Source: Propionibacteriales bacterium (GTDB lineage Bacteria > Actinomycetota > Actinomycetes > Propionibacteriales > Nocardioidaceae). Taken from it: 64,000 nucleotides of DNA. The notes below the pieces were generated by a model. That model had not been told where the DNA came from. It did no database searches and was given only the letters and a program-made list of their open reading frames with translations. The stretch is from contig JAPLCB010000011.1 of the NCBI GenBank assembly GCA_026392455.1, forward strand, positions 355,664 through 419,663, written 5' to 3'. Positions 18,068 to 30,395 of the stretch are shown piece by piece; the first letter of the stretch is position 1; every line of letters starts with the position of its first letter. The position numbers and the translations under genes were made by a program.

Positions 18068-20002
18068 TCATCCGAAGTTCACCGCCAGCAGGGCCAGGAC
18101 GACGACGGTCGCACCGGCGAGCAGTGCGAGCGCGTAGGAGCGTACGAAACCGTTCTGCAGGAGTCGGAACTGGGCCGACATCGCCGCGAACACCGTCGCA
18201 GTCCCCTCGGCAGCACCGTCGACGACGGTCGTGTCGAACGTCGTGAGGGCGCCGATCCCGGCGACGCCGGGCTTGATGACCACGGCGTCGTTGAACGCGT
18301 CGCCGTACAGGTCGGCGCGTGCGGCCTTGGTGAACACCGAGACTTCGGTCGGTGCCACCTTCGGGATCGGCTTCTTGCCCACCAGGAACCACGCGACCGC
18401 CACACCGGCAGCCACGACGACCAGGATGATCAGGCTCATCACGATCGCCGGGATCGCGAGGTGGTGCTCCTCGTGCTCGCCGACCACCGGGTTCAGCCAG
18501 TCCGAGATCCACCCGTTGAGGGTGAGGAGGCCACCCAGGGCCGAGAGCACGGCGAGGGCGATCAGGGGGACCGTCATCACCTTCGGCGACTCGTGCGGGT
18601 GCACCCCCTTCTCCCACCGCTTGGTGCCGGCGTACGTCATCAGCATCAGTCGGGTCATGTAGAAGGCGGTCACACCGGCGCCGACCAGGGCGCACAGGCC
18701 GACCAGGACGTTGTCGGCGAAGGCGGTCTCGATGATCTTGTCCTTCGACCAGAACCCTGCGAACGGCGGCACCCCGAGGATCGCGAGGTAGCCGATCCCG
18801 AACGTCGCGAAGGTGACCGGCATCGCCTTCTGCAGGGCGCCGTAGTGCCGCATGTTCACGTCGTCGTTCATGCCGTGCATCACCGAACCGGCGCCGAGGA
18901 ACATGTTGGCCTTGAAGAAGCCGTGGGTCAGCAGGTGGAAGATCGCGAACGCGTACCCGGCAGGGCCGAGACCGGCAGCGAGGACCATGTAGCCGATCTG
19001 GCTCATCGTCGAACCGGCCAGTGCCTTCTTGATGTCGTCCTTGGCACAACCGATCACGGCACCCATCAGCAGCGTGATGCAGCCGATGATGATGACCGCC
19101 GTGCGGGCGTCCTCGGTGAGGCTGAAGATGAAGTTCGAGCGGACGATCAGGTAGACGCCAGCGGTGACCATGGTGGCGGCGTGGATCAGGGCCGAGACCG
19201 GGGTCGGGCCCTCCATCGCGTCCAGCAACCAGGTCTGCAGCGGGAACTGGGCCGACTTGCCGCAGGCCGCGAGCAGGAGCAGCAGGCCGATACCGGTCAG
19301 CGCGCCGTCACTGGCCTGCGAGGACGCCGCCGAGACCACCGCGAACGAGGTGGAGCCGAACGTCACGAAGATCAGCGCGGTCCCCAGGGAGAGGCCGATG
19401 TCGCCGACCCGGTTGACCACGAACGCCTTCTTGGCCGCAGCTGCGGCGGTCGGCTTGTGCTGCCAGAAGCCGATCAGCAGGTACGACGCCAGACCGACGC
19501 CCTCCCAGCCGAGGAAGACCCCGACGTAGTCGGCGGCCAGGACCAGCACCAGCATCGACGCGACGAAGAGGTTCAGGTACCCGAAGAACCTGCGACGCCG
19601 CTCGTCGTGCTCCATGTAACCGATCGAGTAGACGTGGATCAGCGATCCGACGCCGGTGATCAGCAGCAGGAACAGCGCCGAGAGCTGGTCGTAGAGGAGG
19701 TCGAACTTCACCTGGTACGAGCCGGCGGTGAACCAGTCCCACAGGTGCTGGGTGACCTGGCGCTCCTCTCCGTCGCGGCCGAGCAGTCCGAAGAACAGCA
19801 CCAGGCTGAGCACGAACGACGCCGACACGGCAGCCGTCGCGAGGTAGTGGCCCCACTTGTCGGTGCGCTTTCCACCGATCAGCAGGATCGCGGCGCCGAG
19901 CGCAGGAAGAGCGATCACCAACCAGAGCAGCGAGAAGACGCCGTCGGTCGGGACGCTTCCCACCACCGGGGGCAGGTGCGGCAGGGATTCGAGGGTCACC
20001 AT
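18068..20002 (-). CDS. nuoL: NADH-quinone oxidoreductase subunit L
   Basis: ORF 18068..20002. 644-aa antiporter-like subunit with a C-terminal lateral-helix extension, positioned after nuoK. Confidence 0.95.
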   Translation of the reverse strand: MVTLESLPHLPPVVGSVPTDGVFSLLWLVIALPALGAAILLIGGKRTDKWGHYLATAAVSASFVLSLVLFFGLLGRDGEERQVTQHLWDWFTAGSYQVKFDLLYDQLSALFLLLITGVGSLIHVYSIGYMEHDERRRRFFGYLNLFVASMLVLVLAADYVGVFLGWEGVGLASYLLIGFWQHKPTAAAAAKKAFVVNRVGDIGLSLGTALIFVTFGSTSFAVVSAASSQASDGALTGIGLLLLLAACGKSAQFPLQTWLLDAMEGPTPVSALIHAATMVTAGVYLIVRSNFIFSLTEDARTAVIIIGCITLLMGAVIGCAKDDIKKALAGSTMSQIGYMVLAAGLGPAGYAFAIFHLLTHGFFKANMFLGAGSVMHGMNDDVNMRHYGALQKAMPVTFATFGIGYLAILGVPPFAGFWSKDKIIETAFADNVLVGLCALVGAGVTAFYMTRLMLMTYAGTKRWEKGVHPHESPKVMTVPLIALAVLSALGGLLTLNGWISDWLNPVVGEHEEHHLAIPAIVMSLIILVVVAAGVAVAWFLVGKKPIPKVAPTEVSVFTKAARADLYGDAFNDAVVIKPGVAGIGALTTFDTTVVDGAAEGTATVFAAMSAQFRLLQNGFVRSYALALLAGATVVVLALLAVNFG

Positions 20003-20018
20003 GGCGGTCTAACTCTCC

Positions 20019-20318
20019 TCAGTACTTCAGCAGGCTCGCGTCGTCGACCGAGGCCGAGCGACGAGTGCGGAAGATGGTCATGATGATCGCAAGTCCGACG
20101 ACCACCTCGGCAGCGGCGACGACCATCACGAAGAACGCGGCGATCTGGCCCTCGAGGTTGCCGTTGGCGCGGGAGAAGGTGATCAGGAGCAGGTTGCTCG
20201 CGTTCAGCATCAGTTCGACGCACATGAACACCACCAGCGCGTTGCGCCGGGTCAGCACCCCGATGCAGCCGATCGTGAACAGGATCGCGGACAGGATCAC
20301 GAAGGGTTCGGTGCTCAC
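20019..20318 (-). CDS. nuoK: NADH-quinone oxidoreductase subunit K
   Basis: In-frame tail of ORF 20019..21140 from GTG 20318: [44 protein letters not shown], 99 aa, 3 TM. GTGA overlap with nuoJ. Confidence 0.93.
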   Translation of the reverse strand: MSTEPFVILSAILFTIGCIGVLTRRNALVVFMCVELMLNASNLLLITFSRANGNLEGQIAAFFVMVVAAAEVVVGLAIIMTIFRTRRSASVDDASLLKY

Positions 20319-21067
20319 GACTCCTCCCCTCCTTCGTTCAGCTCGTGGATCTCCTCGGAGATCTCCGGGACCGACTTGACCGTGCCGCGGGCGGCGAGCA
20401 CCCGGGAGATCGAGGCCTCGGCGGCGGTGCCGTCCGGGAGCAGGGCCGGGGTGTCGACCGAGTTGTGCCGCGCGAAGACGCCCGGTGGGGGCAGCGGACC
20501 GAGGTGGGTGCCCTTCTCGGCGTAGTCGCGCATCCGCTGCGCGGCGAGGTCGGCCTGGGTCGGCTTCGGCGTCAGCCGCTCGCGGTGAGCGAGCACCATG
20601 GCTCCGAGCGCTGCGGTGATCAGCAGGGCCGAGGTCACCTCGAACGCGAAGACGTAGCGGGTGAAGAGGATCTTCGCGATCGCCGGGATGTTGCCCTCGC
20701 CGTTCGCCTCGTCCAGGCCGATGGCGGTGCCGAAGGAGACCTGCCCGATGCCCAGCACCAGGGTGATCCCGAAGGCCAGACCGACGACGATCGTGAAGAA
20801 CCGGTGACCCCGGATCGTCTCCACGACGGAGTCCGACGCGTCGACGCCGACCAGCATCACGACGAACAGGAAGAGCATCAGGATGGCGCCGGTGTAGACG
20901 ATGATCTGGACGGCGAACAGGAAGGGCGCGTCCAGTGCCAGGTAGAGCACGGCGAGCGACATCATCACGACCGCGAGCAGCAGGGCCGCGTGCACGGCCT
21001 TGCGGACGACGAGCATGCCGAGCGCCGCCGCGACCATGATCGGCGCGAGGATCCAGAAGGCAACCAT
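20315..21067 (-). CDS. nuoJ: NADH-quinone oxidoreductase subunit J
   Basis: ORF 20315..21067. Membrane subunit with a long hydrophilic C-terminal tail, positioned between nuoI and nuoK. Confidence 0.93.
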   Translation of the reverse strand: MVAFWILAPIMVAAALGMLVVRKAVHAALLLAVVMMSLAVLYLALDAPFLFAVQIIVYTGAILMLFLFVVMLVGVDASDSVVETIRGHRFFTIVVGLAFGITLVLGIGQVSFGTAIGLDEANGEGNIPAIAKILFTRYVFAFEVTSALLITAALGAMVLAHRERLTPKPTQADLAAQRMRDYAEKGTHLGPLPPPGVFARHNSVDTPALLPDGTAAEASISRVLAARGTVKSVPEISEEIHELNEGGEES

Positions 21068-21615
21068 CAGTGCTCCTCGGCGCTCTCGTCGGCCTGGCTC
21101 GGACGGAAGTTCCCCCGGAAGTAGTCACCCTCGTCCGCACCGAGCAGCATCGGGTGCGGGGGGAGCTCCATGCCCGGCAGCAACGGCGCCAGCAGGTCGG
21201 ACTTCTCGTAGATCAGGCTCTCGCGGGTGGTGTCCGCGAGCTCGTACTCGTTGGTCATCGTCAGGGCGCGCGTCGGGCAGGCCTCGATGCACAGGCCGCA
21301 GAGGATGCAGCGCAAATAGTTGATCTGGTAGACCCGGCCGTACCGCTCGCCGGGGCTGAAGCGCTCGTCCTCGGTGTTGGTGTCACCCTCGACGTAGATC
21401 GCGTCCGCCGGGCAGGCCCAGGCGCAGAGCTCGCAGCCCACGCACTTCTCCAGGCCGTCGGGCCACCGGTTCAGCTGGTGCCGACCGTGGAACCGCGGAG
21501 CGGTCGGCAGCTTCTCGAAGGGGTACTGCTCGGTGACGACCTTGCGGAACATCGTCCGGAAGGTGACCCCGAAACCCGCTACCGGGTCCCAGAACTGTTC
21601 TTTGAGCGTACCCAT
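21067..21615 (-). CDS. nuoI: NADH-quinone oxidoreductase subunit I (2x[4Fe-4S])
   Basis: ORF 21067..21615. Two ferredoxin motifs, [12 protein letters not shown] and [12 protein letters not shown]. Confidence 0.96.
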   Translation of the reverse strand: MGTLKEQFWDPVAGFGVTFRTMFRKVVTEQYPFEKLPTAPRFHGRHQLNRWPDGLEKCVGCELCAWACPADAIYVEGDTNTEDERFSPGERYGRVYQINYLRCILCGLCIEACPTRALTMTNEYELADTTRESLIYEKSDLLAPLLPGMELPPHPMLLGADEGDYFRGNFRPSQADESAEEH

Positions 21616-22886
21616 CAGGCGTCCCCTCCGGTCGCGTTGCGAATCGTGGCAGCTGCTGCCTGGTCAGGCATCGGCGGAACCGGGTAGCCGCCGGCGAAGG
21701 CGTCGAACGGTTCTGCCTTCTCCGGGGCCGCCTCGTCGTTGTTCTTCTCCTCGACGAAGAAGAGCACGATCATCAGCGCCGCGAGGACGCCGATCGCCCC
21801 GAACAGGTAGGTGCGGTCGAAACCGCCGTTGAGGTTGATCGTCCGGATCGCCGCGACCGCGATGATCCAGAGCAGCGAGATCGGGATCAGCCGCTTCCAG
21901 CCGAAGTGCATGAACTGGTCGTAGCGCAGCCGCGGCAGCGAGCCGCGCAGCCAGATGAAGATGAAGATGAAGAACAGCACCTTGCCCATGAACCAGAGGA
22001 ACGGCCAGTAGTTCTCGTTCGCGCCGGCCCAGAACTCGTCGATCCAGAACGGGGCACGCCAGCCACCGAGGAAGAGGGTGGTCGCGAGCGCCGAGACGGT
22101 CGCCATGTTGATGTACTCGGCCAGGAAGAACAGCGCGAACTTCAGCGACGAGTACTCGGTGTGGAAACCACCGACCAGCTCGCCCTCGGCCTCGGGGAGG
22201 TCGAAGGGGGCCCGGTTGGTTTCACCGATCATCGAGATCACGTAGATCACGAACGACGGCGCCAGGATCAGCCCGAACCAGAGCTTGTCCTGCGCGGCCA
22301 CGATCTCGGAGGTCGACATCGAGCCGGCGTACAGGAAGACCGCGACCAGCGCGAGGCCCATCGAGACCTCGTAGGAGATCATCTGCGCGCTCGAGCGCAG
22401 ACCACCGAGCAGCGAGTACGTCGACCCCGACGACCAACCGCCGAGCACGATGCCGTAGATGCCGATCGAGGCGATCGCCATCACGAAGAGCACGGCGACG
22501 GGCATGTCGGTCAGCTGCAGCGGGGTGCGCTCGCCGAAGAAGTTCACCTCGGGACCGAACGGGATCACCGAGAACGTCAGGAAGGCCGGGATGACCGCGA
22601 TCACCGGAGCGATGAAGTAGACGGCCTTGTCGGCAGCCTTCGGGAGGATGTCCTCCTTCAGCGCCAGCTTCACCCCGTCGGCCAACGACTGCAGCAACCC
22701 GAACGGGCCGTGCACGTTGGGGCCGATCCGGTGCTGCATCCGGGCGACGACCCGACGCTCCCACCAGATGTTGAACAGCGTGAGCAGAACCAGGATGACG
22801 AAGATCATCAACGCCTTGATGATGATGATCCATACCGGGTCCTGGCCAAAAGCGCTCAGGCCCTTGGCGGTGTCCAGCGGGTTCAC
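21615..22886 (-). CDS. nuoH: NADH-quinone oxidoreductase subunit H
   Basis: ORF 21615..22886. ND1 family ([31 protein letters not shown]). Confidence 0.96.
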   Translation of the reverse strand: MNPLDTAKGLSAFGQDPVWIIIIKALMIFVILVLLTLFNIWWERRVVARMQHRIGPNVHGPFGLLQSLADGVKLALKEDILPKAADKAVYFIAPVIAVIPAFLTFSVIPFGPEVNFFGERTPLQLTDMPVAVLFVMAIASIGIYGIVLGGWSSGSTYSLLGGLRSSAQMISYEVSMGLALVAVFLYAGSMSTSEIVAAQDKLWFGLILAPSFVIYVISMIGETNRAPFDLPEAEGELVGGFHTEYSSLKFALFFLAEYINMATVSALATTLFLGGWRAPFWIDEFWAGANENYWPFLWFMGKVLFFIFIFIWLRGSLPRLRYDQFMHFGWKRLIPISLLWIIAVAAIRTINLNGGFDRTYLFGAIGVLAALMIVLFFVEEKNNDEAAPEKAEPFDAFAGGYPVPPMPDQAAAATIRNATGGDA

Positions 22887-25321
22887 TTGGTACCTCCCAC
22901 GAGGGTGACTGCCGAGCCGGCCGGTCCGACCTGATGCCGGACCGAGGCTCCGGGCGCGCTGGCCGGAGCCCAGACGACGCCCTCGGCGACCTCACCGACG
23001 GCGACCGGAAGGCGGAGACGACCCAGCGGTCCGGCCAGCTCTACCTCGTCACCTGCGGTCAGGCCCAGGGACGTCAAGGTGCCGGCGCTGACCAACGCGA
23101 CCGGGGGGCGGACCGAGGCACGCAGGTGCTCGTCGCCGTCCTGGCCACGGCCGTCGTCGAGCAGCTGCTTCCAGGAGGCCAGGACCAGCTGTCCGGCTGC
23201 TGGTTGCGGGGCGGCCGCGCTGGCGGGCGCCTCGAAACCGGCCCGCTCGCCCGACCAGGGCCCGACCTTCACGATCTCGGCCCAGGCCTGCTCCGGCGTA
23301 CGGACACCGATGCTGCGGCCGCGCTCCTCGGCGATCCCGGCCAGGACCCGGACGTCGGGCAAGGAGCTGGGGTGGTCGAGCACCTTGGGGAACGAGCGGA
23401 CCCGTCCCTCCCAGTTGATGAACGTCCCTGCCTTGTCACTGGCCGGAGCGACCGGGAAGACCACGTCGGCGAGCTCGGTGAACTCCGACGAGCGGACCTC
23501 CAGCGAGATCACGAACGCCTTCTTCAGGGCCTTGCGGAGCTTCTTGTCCACGCCACCGGACGGCAGCACGTCGGCCGGGTCGACCCCACCGACGACCAGG
23601 GCGTTCAGGTCACCGTCTCGCAGGGCGTCCAGGATCTGCGAGCCGGACAGACCGTCCTTGCCGGTGACCGCGTCGACGCCCCAGGCTTCGGCCAGGTCGA
23701 CCCGAGCCATCGCGTCGGCGACCGGACGGCCTCCGGGCAGCAGGGTGGGCAGGCAGCCGGTCTCGACGGCGCCGCGGTCACCCGCGCGACGCGGGACCCA
23801 GGCGAGCCGGGCCCCGGTGGACCGGGCCAGCTCGACGGCGGCGGCGAGCGCCCCCGGGACGACGGCGAGCCGCTCGCCGACCAGGATCACGCTGTGGGAG
23901 TCGAGCGCAACGTCGCTGTTCGACGCGACGGCTGCCAGAGCAGCCGCTTCGGCACCGGGGACGGTGGGGAGCAGGGTCCCGTCGACCTTCGCCAGCCCGC
24001 GGGTCCCGACGGCGGAGATCGCGAAGACGCGAGCACCGGTCGCCCGGTTGGCCTTGCGTAGCCGCAGGAAGATCGTGCCGGCCTCGTCCTCGGGCTCGAG
24101 CCCAGCGAGCAGGACGGCGGATGCAGTCTCCAGGTCGGCGTACGTCACGGCGCCGGCGCCGGGCGCTCCCAGCACCACCGTCGAGGCCAGGAACGCCGCC
24201 TCTTCAGCTCCGTGGTCGGCACCGAGGGGACGGGCCCGGAAGTCGATGTTGTTGGTCCGGACCGTCACCCGGGCGAACTTGCTCCAGGCATAGGCGTCCT
24301 CGGCGGTCAGGCGACCGCCGGGCAGCAGACCGACCTTCTTCTTCGCCGCGGCCAGTCCCCGGGCCGCGACCGCGAAGGCCTCCGGCCAGGACGCTGCCCG
24401 CAGCTCACCGGTCTCGGTGTCACGGACCTGGGGGTGCGTCAGCCGGTCGTCCAGCCGCGTCGAGACGAACGCGAACCGGTCCTTGTCGGTGATCCATTCC
24501 TCGTTGACGTCTCTGTCGTCGCCGGCCATCCGCCGCATCACCTTGCCGCGGCGGTGGTCGACCCGGATCGCCGAGCCGCAGGCATCGTGGTCGGCGATCG
24601 ACGCGCTGGAGACGAGGTCGAACGGCCGCGAGCGGAACCGGTACGCCGCCGATGTGAGCGCGCCCACCGGGCAGATCTGGATGGTGTTGCCGGAGAAGTA
24701 GGAGAGGAACTCGACGCCCTCGGCGATGCCGATCTGCTGCTGCGCACCACGCTCGACCAGCGCGATGAAGGGGTCGCCGGCGATCTCGTCGGCGAACCGG
24801 GTGCACCGCTGGCAGACGATGCAGCGCTCGCGGTCCAGCAGGACCTGCGGAGCCAGGTTGATCGGCTTGGGGAAGACCCGCTTGACCCCGCCGCTCTCCG
24901 CGAACCGGGACTCACCCTGGCCGTTGCTCATCGCCTGGTTCTGCAGGGGGCACTCGCCGCCCTTGTCGCAGACGGGGCAGTCCAGCGGGTGGTTGATCAG
25001 CAGGAATTCCATGACGCCCTGCTGCGCCTTGTCCGCCACCGGGCTGGTGGCCTGGGTGTTCACGACCATGCCTTCGGCGACCGGCAGCGTGCAGGAGGCC
25101 TGCGGCTTGGGGAAACCGCGACCGTTGCCGGCGTCCGGGATGTCGACCAGGCACTGCCGGCAGGCACCGGCCGGCGCGAGCAGCGGGTGGTCGCAGAACC
25201 GGGGGATCTGGACACCGATCTCCTCGGCGGCCCGGATCACCAGGGTGTCCGCCGGCACGCTGACCTGGATGCCGTCGATGGTGACGGTGACCTGGTTCGT
25301 CTTGACGAGCTCGGCGGTCAT
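22883..25321 (-). CDS. nuoG: NADH-quinone oxidoreductase subunit G
   Basis: In-frame part of ORF 22883..25492 from ATG 25321: [23 protein letters not shown]...[19 protein letters not shown]...[17 protein letters not shown] overlap with nuoF. Confidence 0.95.
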   Translation of the reverse strand: MTAELVKTNQVTVTIDGIQVSVPADTLVIRAAEEIGVQIPRFCDHPLLAPAGACRQCLVDIPDAGNGRGFPKPQASCTLPVAEGMVVNTQATSPVADKAQQGVMEFLLINHPLDCPVCDKGGECPLQNQAMSNGQGESRFAESGGVKRVFPKPINLAPQVLLDRERCIVCQRCTRFADEIAGDPFIALVERGAQQQIGIAEGVEFLSYFSGNTIQICPVGALTSAAYRFRSRPFDLVSSASIADHDACGSAIRVDHRRGKVMRRMAGDDRDVNEEWITDKDRFAFVSTRLDDRLTHPQVRDTETGELRAASWPEAFAVAARGLAAAKKKVGLLPGGRLTAEDAYAWSKFARVTVRTNNIDFRARPLGADHGAEEAAFLASTVVLGAPGAGAVTYADLETASAVLLAGLEPEDEAGTIFLRLRKANRATGARVFAISAVGTRGLAKVDGTLLPTVPGAEAAALAAVASNSDVALDSHSVILVGERLAVVPGALAAAVELARSTGARLAWVPRRAGDRGAVETGCLPTLLPGGRPVADAMARVDLAEAWGVDAVTGKDGLSGSQILDALRDGDLNALVVGGVDPADVLPSGGVDKKLRKALKKAFVISLEVRSSEFTELADVVFPVAPASDKAGTFINWEGRVRSFPKVLDHPSSLPDVRVLAGIAEERGRSIGVRTPEQAWAEIVKVGPWSGERAGFEAPASAAAPQPAAGQLVLASWKQLLDDGRGQDGDEHLRASVRPPVALVSAGTLTSLGLTAGDEVELAGPLGRLRLPVAVGEVAEGVVWAPASAPGASVRHQVGPAGSAVTLVGGTK

Positions 25322-26628
25322 GCGTTCGCTCCTTCGATCGCGAAGGCGGTGCTGGCCAGCGGGTCGAACGGGCACCCGCCGTGCTCGAGGTGGGCGAGGT
25401 ACTCCTCGCGGAAGTACTGGATCGACGAGCTGATCGGGCTGGTCGCACCGTCCCCGAGGGCGCAGAACGAACGGCCCAGGATGTTCTCGCACTGGTCGAG
25501 CAGCAGGTCCAGGTCACCGGGAGTGCCCTGCCCCTTCTCGAGGCGGGTCAGGGTCTGCGTCAGCCACCAGGTGCCTTCGCGGCACGGGGTGCACTTGCCG
25601 CAGGACTCGTGCTTGTAGAACTCGGTCCAGCGCAGCACGGCCCGGACCACGCAGGTGGTCTCGTCGAAGATCTGCAGCGCCCGGGTTCCGAGCATCGAAC
25701 CGGCTCCGCTGACGCCCTCGAAGTCCAGGGGGATGTCGAGGTGGTCGGCCGTCAGCAGCGGGGTGCTGGAGCCACCCGGCGTCCAGAACTTGAGCTCGTG
25801 ACCGGCACGGATGCCACCGGCGAGCTCGATCAGCTTGCGCAGGGTGATGCCGAGCGGCGCCTCGTACTGGCAGGGGTTCGCGACGTGACCGGACAGCGAG
25901 AAGATGCCGTAGCCCTTGGACTTCTCGGTGCCCATCGAGGCGAACCACTCGGCCCCGTGGGCGATGATGCTCGGCACCGACGCAATGGACTCGACGTTGT
26001 TGATGACCGTCGGGCTGGCGTAGAGACCGGCCACGGCCGGGAACGGCGGCCGCAGCCGCGGTTGCCCGCGGCGACCCTCGAGACCCTCGAGGAGCGCAGT
26101 CTCCTCACCGCAGATGTACGCACCGGCCCCGGCGTGCACGACGATGTCGAGGTCGTAGCCGGACCCGTGGATGTTCTTGCCGAGGTGACCGGCCTCGTAG
26201 GCCTCCGCGACGGCGGCCTGGACCCGGCGGATCACGTGCAGGACCTCACCACGGATGTAGATGAACGCCTTGTTGGCGCGGATCGCGTACGAGCTGATCG
26301 CGACGCCCTCGACCAGCGTGTGCGGCGTCGCCATCATCAGCGGGATGTCCTTGCAGGTTCCCGGCTCGGACTCGTCGGCGTTGACCACCAGGTACTTCGG
26401 CTTGGGGTTGTCCTGGGGAATGAACGACCACTTCATCCCGGTCGGGAAGCCCGCTCCACCACGACCGCGCAGACCGGAGTCCTTGACGGCGGTGATGATG
26501 TCGTCCTGGTTCATGCCCAGGGCCTTCTTGAGCGCGCCGTAGCCGCCGCGCGACTCGTAGGTGGCCAGCTTCCAGCTCTGCGCCGCATCCCAGTCGTCGG
26601 TGAGGACGGGGGTAAGAACGTCGGTCAT
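25318..26628 (-). CDS. nuoF: NADH-quinone oxidoreductase subunit F (NADH/FMN-binding)
   Basis: ORF 25318..26628. GLRGRGGAGFPTG, GAGAYICGEETALLEGLEG and ESCGKCTPCREG motifs. Confidence 0.97.
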   Translation of the reverse strand: MTDVLTPVLTDDWDAAQSWKLATYESRGGYGALKKALGMNQDDIITAVKDSGLRGRGGAGFPTGMKWSFIPQDNPKPKYLVVNADESEPGTCKDIPLMMATPHTLVEGVAISSYAIRANKAFIYIRGEVLHVIRRVQAAVAEAYEAGHLGKNIHGSGYDLDIVVHAGAGAYICGEETALLEGLEGRRGQPRLRPPFPAVAGLYASPTVINNVESIASVPSIIAHGAEWFASMGTEKSKGYGIFSLSGHVANPCQYEAPLGITLRKLIELAGGIRAGHELKFWTPGGSSTPLLTADHLDIPLDFEGVSGAGSMLGTRALQIFDETTCVVRAVLRWTEFYKHESCGKCTPCREGTWWLTQTLTRLEKGQGTPGDLDLLLDQCENILGRSFCALGDGATSPISSSIQYFREEYLAHLEHGGCPFDPLASTAFAIEGANA

Positions 26629-27386
26629 CAGGACTCCTCCGCCAGGGTCTCGGACTCGGCCCGCGAGGTGTCAGCCTGCTCGACCGCTGCCTGCTTGGTG
26701 TCGGCCACTGCCGTCGCGGTCCCCGCGGCGTTGCTCGCGGGCGCGGTCCAGCTGTTCTCACGGGCGATCTTCAGACCGACCAGCGACGCCGGGCCCGCGG
26801 ACGGACCCTCGTCGGCGAGGCCGTCGTTGAAGCCGGCCAGCACCCGCTCGGCCTCCTTCCAGGTGACCAGCTTCGGGCCGCGGGTGGAGTGCACCGGCTT
26901 GCCCGCCCGCAGGTCGTCGACCACGCTGACGGCGGACTCGGGGGTCTGGTTGTCCAGGAACTCCCAGTTGACCATCATCACCGGCGCGTAGTCGCAGGCC
27001 GCGTTGCACTCGATGTGCTCGAGCGAGATGGTGGCGCTGTCGCCGGGCCGTCCGTCAGCCGTCTCGTCGTTGCCCACGTCCAGGTGGTCCTTGAGCCGCT
27101 CGAAGATTAGGTCGCCACCCATCACCGCACAGAGCGTGTTGGTGCAGACCCCCACGTGGTAGTCGCCGACGGGGCGGCGCTTGTACATCGTGTAGAAGGT
27201 CGCGACCCCGCTGACCTCGGCCTCGGAGATCTCCAGGATCTCGGCGCAGGCCTTGATGCCCTCAGCGGTGACTTGGCCGGACGCGCTCTGCACCAGGTGC
27301 AGCATCGGCAGCAGGCCGGACCGCTTCTCCGGGTACCGCTGCGAGATCTCGACGAGCTCGTCGTAGGTCTGGGACTCAATACTCAA
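26628..27386 (-). CDS. nuoE: NADH-quinone oxidoreductase subunit E ([2Fe-2S])
   Basis: ORF 26628..27386. [18 protein letters not shown] ... [13 protein letters not shown] start overlaps the nuoD stop. Carries an extended Ala/Thr-rich C-terminal tail. Confidence 0.95.
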   Translation of the reverse strand: MSIESQTYDELVEISQRYPEKRSGLLPMLHLVQSASGQVTAEGIKACAEILEISEAEVSGVATFYTMYKRRPVGDYHVGVCTNTLCAVMGGDLIFERLKDHLDVGNDETADGRPGDSATISLEHIECNAACDYAPVMMVNWEFLDNQTPESAVSVVDDLRAGKPVHSTRGPKLVTWKEAERVLAGFNDGLADEGPSAGPASLVGLKIARENSWTAPASNAAGTATAVADTKQAAVEQADTSRAESETLAEES

Positions 27387-28720
27387 CGGTCAACACCACC
27401 CATGACGGGGTCGATGGACGCGATCGCGACGATGACGTCGGCGACCTGGCCGCCCTCACTCATCACCGAGGTCGCCTGGAGGTTGGTGAACGACGGGTCC
27501 CGGAAGTGCACCCGGAACGGCCGCGTCCCGCCGTCGGAGACGACGTGGGCGCCGAGCTCGCCACGCGGCGACTCGATCGGGACGTAGGCCTGGCCGGCCG
27601 GGACCCGGAAGCCCTCGGTGACCAGCTTGAAGTGGTGGATCAGGCCCTCCATGGACTCGCCCATGATGTGCTTGATGTGGTCCAGGCTGTTGCCCATGCC
27701 GTCGCTGCCGATCGCGAGCTGGCTGGGCCAGGCGATCTTCTTGTCGGCGACCATGACCGGGGCGCCTTCGAGGCCGGCCAGGCGCTCAACGGCCTGCTCG
27801 ACGATCTTGAGCGACTCCCACATCTCGGCCAGACGGATCCGGAAACGGCCGTAGGCGTCCGCGGTGTCCCAGGTCTGGACCTCGAAGTCGTAGTCCTCGT
27901 AGCCGCTGTAGGGCTGCGACTTGCGCAGGTCCCAGGGGTAGCCGGTGGCTCGCAGCGGCGGACCGGAGAGGCCGAGCGCCAGGCAGCCGGCCAGGTCGAG
28001 GTGCCCGACGTCGACCAGGCGCGCCTTGAAGATCGGGTTGGCGTTGCAGAGGTCGGCGTACTCGGGGAGGCGCTTCTTCATCAGCTTGATGAAGTCACGG
28101 ATCTCGTCGAGCGCTCCGGCCGGCATGTCCTGGGCGACACCGCCGGGCCGGATGAACGCGTGGTTCATCCGCAGCCCGGTGATCAGCTCGAACAGGTCGA
28201 GGACCAGCTCACGCTCGCGGAACCCGATCGTCATCACGGTCAGGGCGCCGATCTCCATGCCGCCGGTGGCGATGCAGACCAGGTGGCTGGAGATGCGGTT
28301 GAGCTCCATCAGGAGGACCCGCATGACCTGGGCCTTCTCCGGGATGTCGTCGGTGATGTCGAGCAGCTTCTCGACGCCCAGCACGTAGGTGGCTTCGTTG
28401 TAGAACGGGGACAGGTAGTCCATCCGGGTGCAGAACGTGACGCCCTGGACCCAGGTCCGGTACTCCATGTTCTTCTCGATGCCGGTGTGCAGGTAGCCGA
28501 TGCCGCAACGGGCCTCGGTCACGGTCTCACCCTCGAGCTCGAGGATCAGCCGGAGAACGCCGTGGGTCGAGGGGTGCTGCGGGCCCATGTTCACGACGAC
28601 CTTGTCGTCCTGGTCTTCGGCGATACCGGTGACGATGGAGTCCCAGTCCTGACCGGTGACGGTGAAGACACGGCCCTGGGTGGTCTCGGACTCGGTCGCT
28701 GCGTAAGGATCTGCGGTCAT
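27383..28720 (-). CDS. nuoD: NADH-quinone oxidoreductase subunit D
   Basis: ORF 27383..28720. [21 protein letters not shown] and a C-terminal DPVMGGVDR. Confidence 0.97.
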   Translation of the reverse strand: MTADPYAATESETTQGRVFTVTGQDWDSIVTGIAEDQDDKVVVNMGPQHPSTHGVLRLILELEGETVTEARCGIGYLHTGIEKNMEYRTWVQGVTFCTRMDYLSPFYNEATYVLGVEKLLDITDDIPEKAQVMRVLLMELNRISSHLVCIATGGMEIGALTVMTIGFRERELVLDLFELITGLRMNHAFIRPGGVAQDMPAGALDEIRDFIKLMKKRLPEYADLCNANPIFKARLVDVGHLDLAGCLALGLSGPPLRATGYPWDLRKSQPYSGYEDYDFEVQTWDTADAYGRFRIRLAEMWESLKIVEQAVERLAGLEGAPVMVADKKIAWPSQLAIGSDGMGNSLDHIKHIMGESMEGLIHHFKLVTEGFRVPAGQAYVPIESPRGELGAHVVSDGGTRPFRVHFRDPSFTNLQATSVMSEGGQVADVIVAIASIDPVMGGVDR

Positions 28721-29436
28721 CAGTTGTAGCTCCTTCGCTGGTCCGGCGGCGGGATGGTGGCGCCCTTGTACTCGACCGGGATGCCGCCGAGGGGGTAGTC
28801 CTTGCGCTGCGGGTGACCGGGCCAGTCGTCGGGCATCTGGATCCGGGTCAGCGCGGGGTGGCCGTCGAAGATCAGGCCGAAGAAGTCGAACGCCTCGCGC
28901 TCGTGCCAGTCCGCCGTCGGGTAGGTCGCACAGACGCTCGGGATGTGCGGGTCGGCATCCGGCGCGGTGACCTCGAGCCGGATCCGGCGGTTGTGGGTCA
29001 TCGAGAGCAGGTGGTAGACCGCGTGCAGCTCGCGCCCGGCGTCGTCGGGGTAGTGCACGCCGTTGACGCCGGCGCAGAACTCGAAGCGCAGCTTCTCGTC
29101 GTCGCGCAGCAGCTTCACGACCGGCAGCAGGTCTTCTCGGCGGATGAAGAAGGTGATCTCGTCGCGGTGCACGACGACCTTCTCCACCGCGTTCTCGACC
29201 CCGGCGGCCGCCGCGGCGGTGGCGAGGTCGCTCGCGACGTCGTCCATCCAGCCGCCGTACGGCGGGGTGCTGGCTCCCGGGAGCTCGACGGTGCGGACCA
29301 GGCCACCGAACCCGGAGGTGTCACCCGTCCCGGAGACACCGAACATGCCTTCGTGCCGGGAGATGACCTCACCGGCAGCCACCGGAGCGGCGTCAGCCGC
29401 GACGACGTCCGTGCTGGGGTCCTGACCGTCGGTCAT
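28720..29436 (-). CDS. nuoC: NADH-quinone oxidoreductase subunit C
   Basis: In-frame part of ORF 28720..29703 from ATG 29436 (ATGA overlap with the nuoB stop): ...[40 protein letters not shown]. Confidence 0.94.
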   Translation of the reverse strand: MTDGQDPSTDVVAADAAPVAAGEVISRHEGMFGVSGTGDTSGFGGLVRTVELPGASTPPYGGWMDDVASDLATAAAAAGVENAVEKVVVHRDEITFFIRREDLLPVVKLLRDDEKLRFEFCAGVNGVHYPDDAGRELHAVYHLLSMTHNRRIRLEVTAPDADPHIPSVCATYPTADWHEREAFDFFGLIFDGHPALTRIQMPDDWPGHPQRKDYPLGGIPVEYKGATIPPPDQRRSYN

Positions 29437-29987
29437 CGCAGCAGCCCCTTCATCTGGCTGGTCGGGAGCGCCTTCAGCGCGGACGCCTCGTTGGCCTCGA
29501 TCTCGGCCAGCCGGTTCACCCCGAGCTTGGTGTTCTGGACCTGGTCGTGGAGCTTGAGGATCGCGTCGATGAGCATCTCCGGCCGCGGCGGGCAGCCGGG
29601 GAGGTAGATGTCGACCGGGACGATGTGGTCGACGCCCTGGACGATCGCGTAGTTGTTGAACATGCCGCCGGAGCTGGCGCAGACGCCCATCGCCAGGACC
29701 CACTTGGGCTCGGGCATCTGGTCGTAGATCTGGCGCAGGACCGGGGCCATCTTCTGGCTGACCCGGCCGGCCACGATCATCAGGTCGGCCTGACGGGGAC
29801 TGGCCCGGAAGACCTCCATGCCGAACCGGGCGAGGTCGTACTTCGGCCCGCCGGTGGTCATCATCTCGATGGCGCAGCAGGCCAGGCCGAACGTGGCCGG
29901 CCAGAACGACGCCTTGCGCATGTAGCCCGCCACGCCCTCGACGGTGGTCAGCAGGACGCCGGACGGAAGCTTTTCTTCAAGACCCAT
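29433..29987 (-). CDS. nuoB: NADH-quinone oxidoreductase subunit B ([4Fe-4S] N2)
   Basis: ORF 29433..29987. [21 protein letters not shown] and [10 protein letters not shown] motifs. Confidence 0.97.
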   Translation of the reverse strand: MGLEEKLPSGVLLTTVEGVAGYMRKASFWPATFGLACCAIEMMTTGGPKYDLARFGMEVFRASPRQADLMIVAGRVSQKMAPVLRQIYDQMPEPKWVLAMGVCASSGGMFNNYAIVQGVDHIVPVDIYLPGCPPRPEMLIDAILKLHDQVQNTKLGVNRLAEIEANEASALKALPTSQMKGLLR

Positions 29988-29991
29988 GTGA

Positions 29992-30351
29992 TTAGTCCCA
30001 GTCCAGGCCGCCGCGTCGCCACACGTACGTGTAGGCGACGAAGACGGGAACGATGAAGAGGATCATCTCGATCAGGGCGAAGGTGCCCATCGAGTCGAAC
30101 GCGACGGCGATCGGGTAGAGGAAGACGATCTCGATGTCGAAGACGATGAAGAGCATCGCGGTGATGTAGTAGCGGACCGGGAACCGCCCACCGCCGACGG
30201 GCTGCGGGGTCGGTTCGATCCCGCACTCGTAGGAATCCAGCTTGGCCCGGTTGTTGCGCTTCGGGCCGGTGAACATGCTCAGGATCACCGAGACGACGGC
30301 AAAGCCGCTGGCCAGCACGAGGAGCGCCAGAACGGGGGTGTAGAGCTCCAT
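29992..30351 (-). CDS. nuoA: NADH-quinone oxidoreductase subunit A
   Basis: ORF 29992..30351. 119 aa, 3 TM, YECGIEP motif, first gene of the operon. Confidence 0.95.
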   Translation of the reverse strand: MELYTPVLALLVLASGFAVVSVILSMFTGPKRNNRAKLDSYECGIEPTPQPVGGGRFPVRYYITAMLFIVFDIEIVFLYPIAVAFDSMGTFALIEMILFIVPVFVAYTYVWRRGGLDWD

Positions 30352-30395
30352 TCCTCACCTTCCTGCAGGGCCTCGGGAGGCCTCAGATTGTGCGC

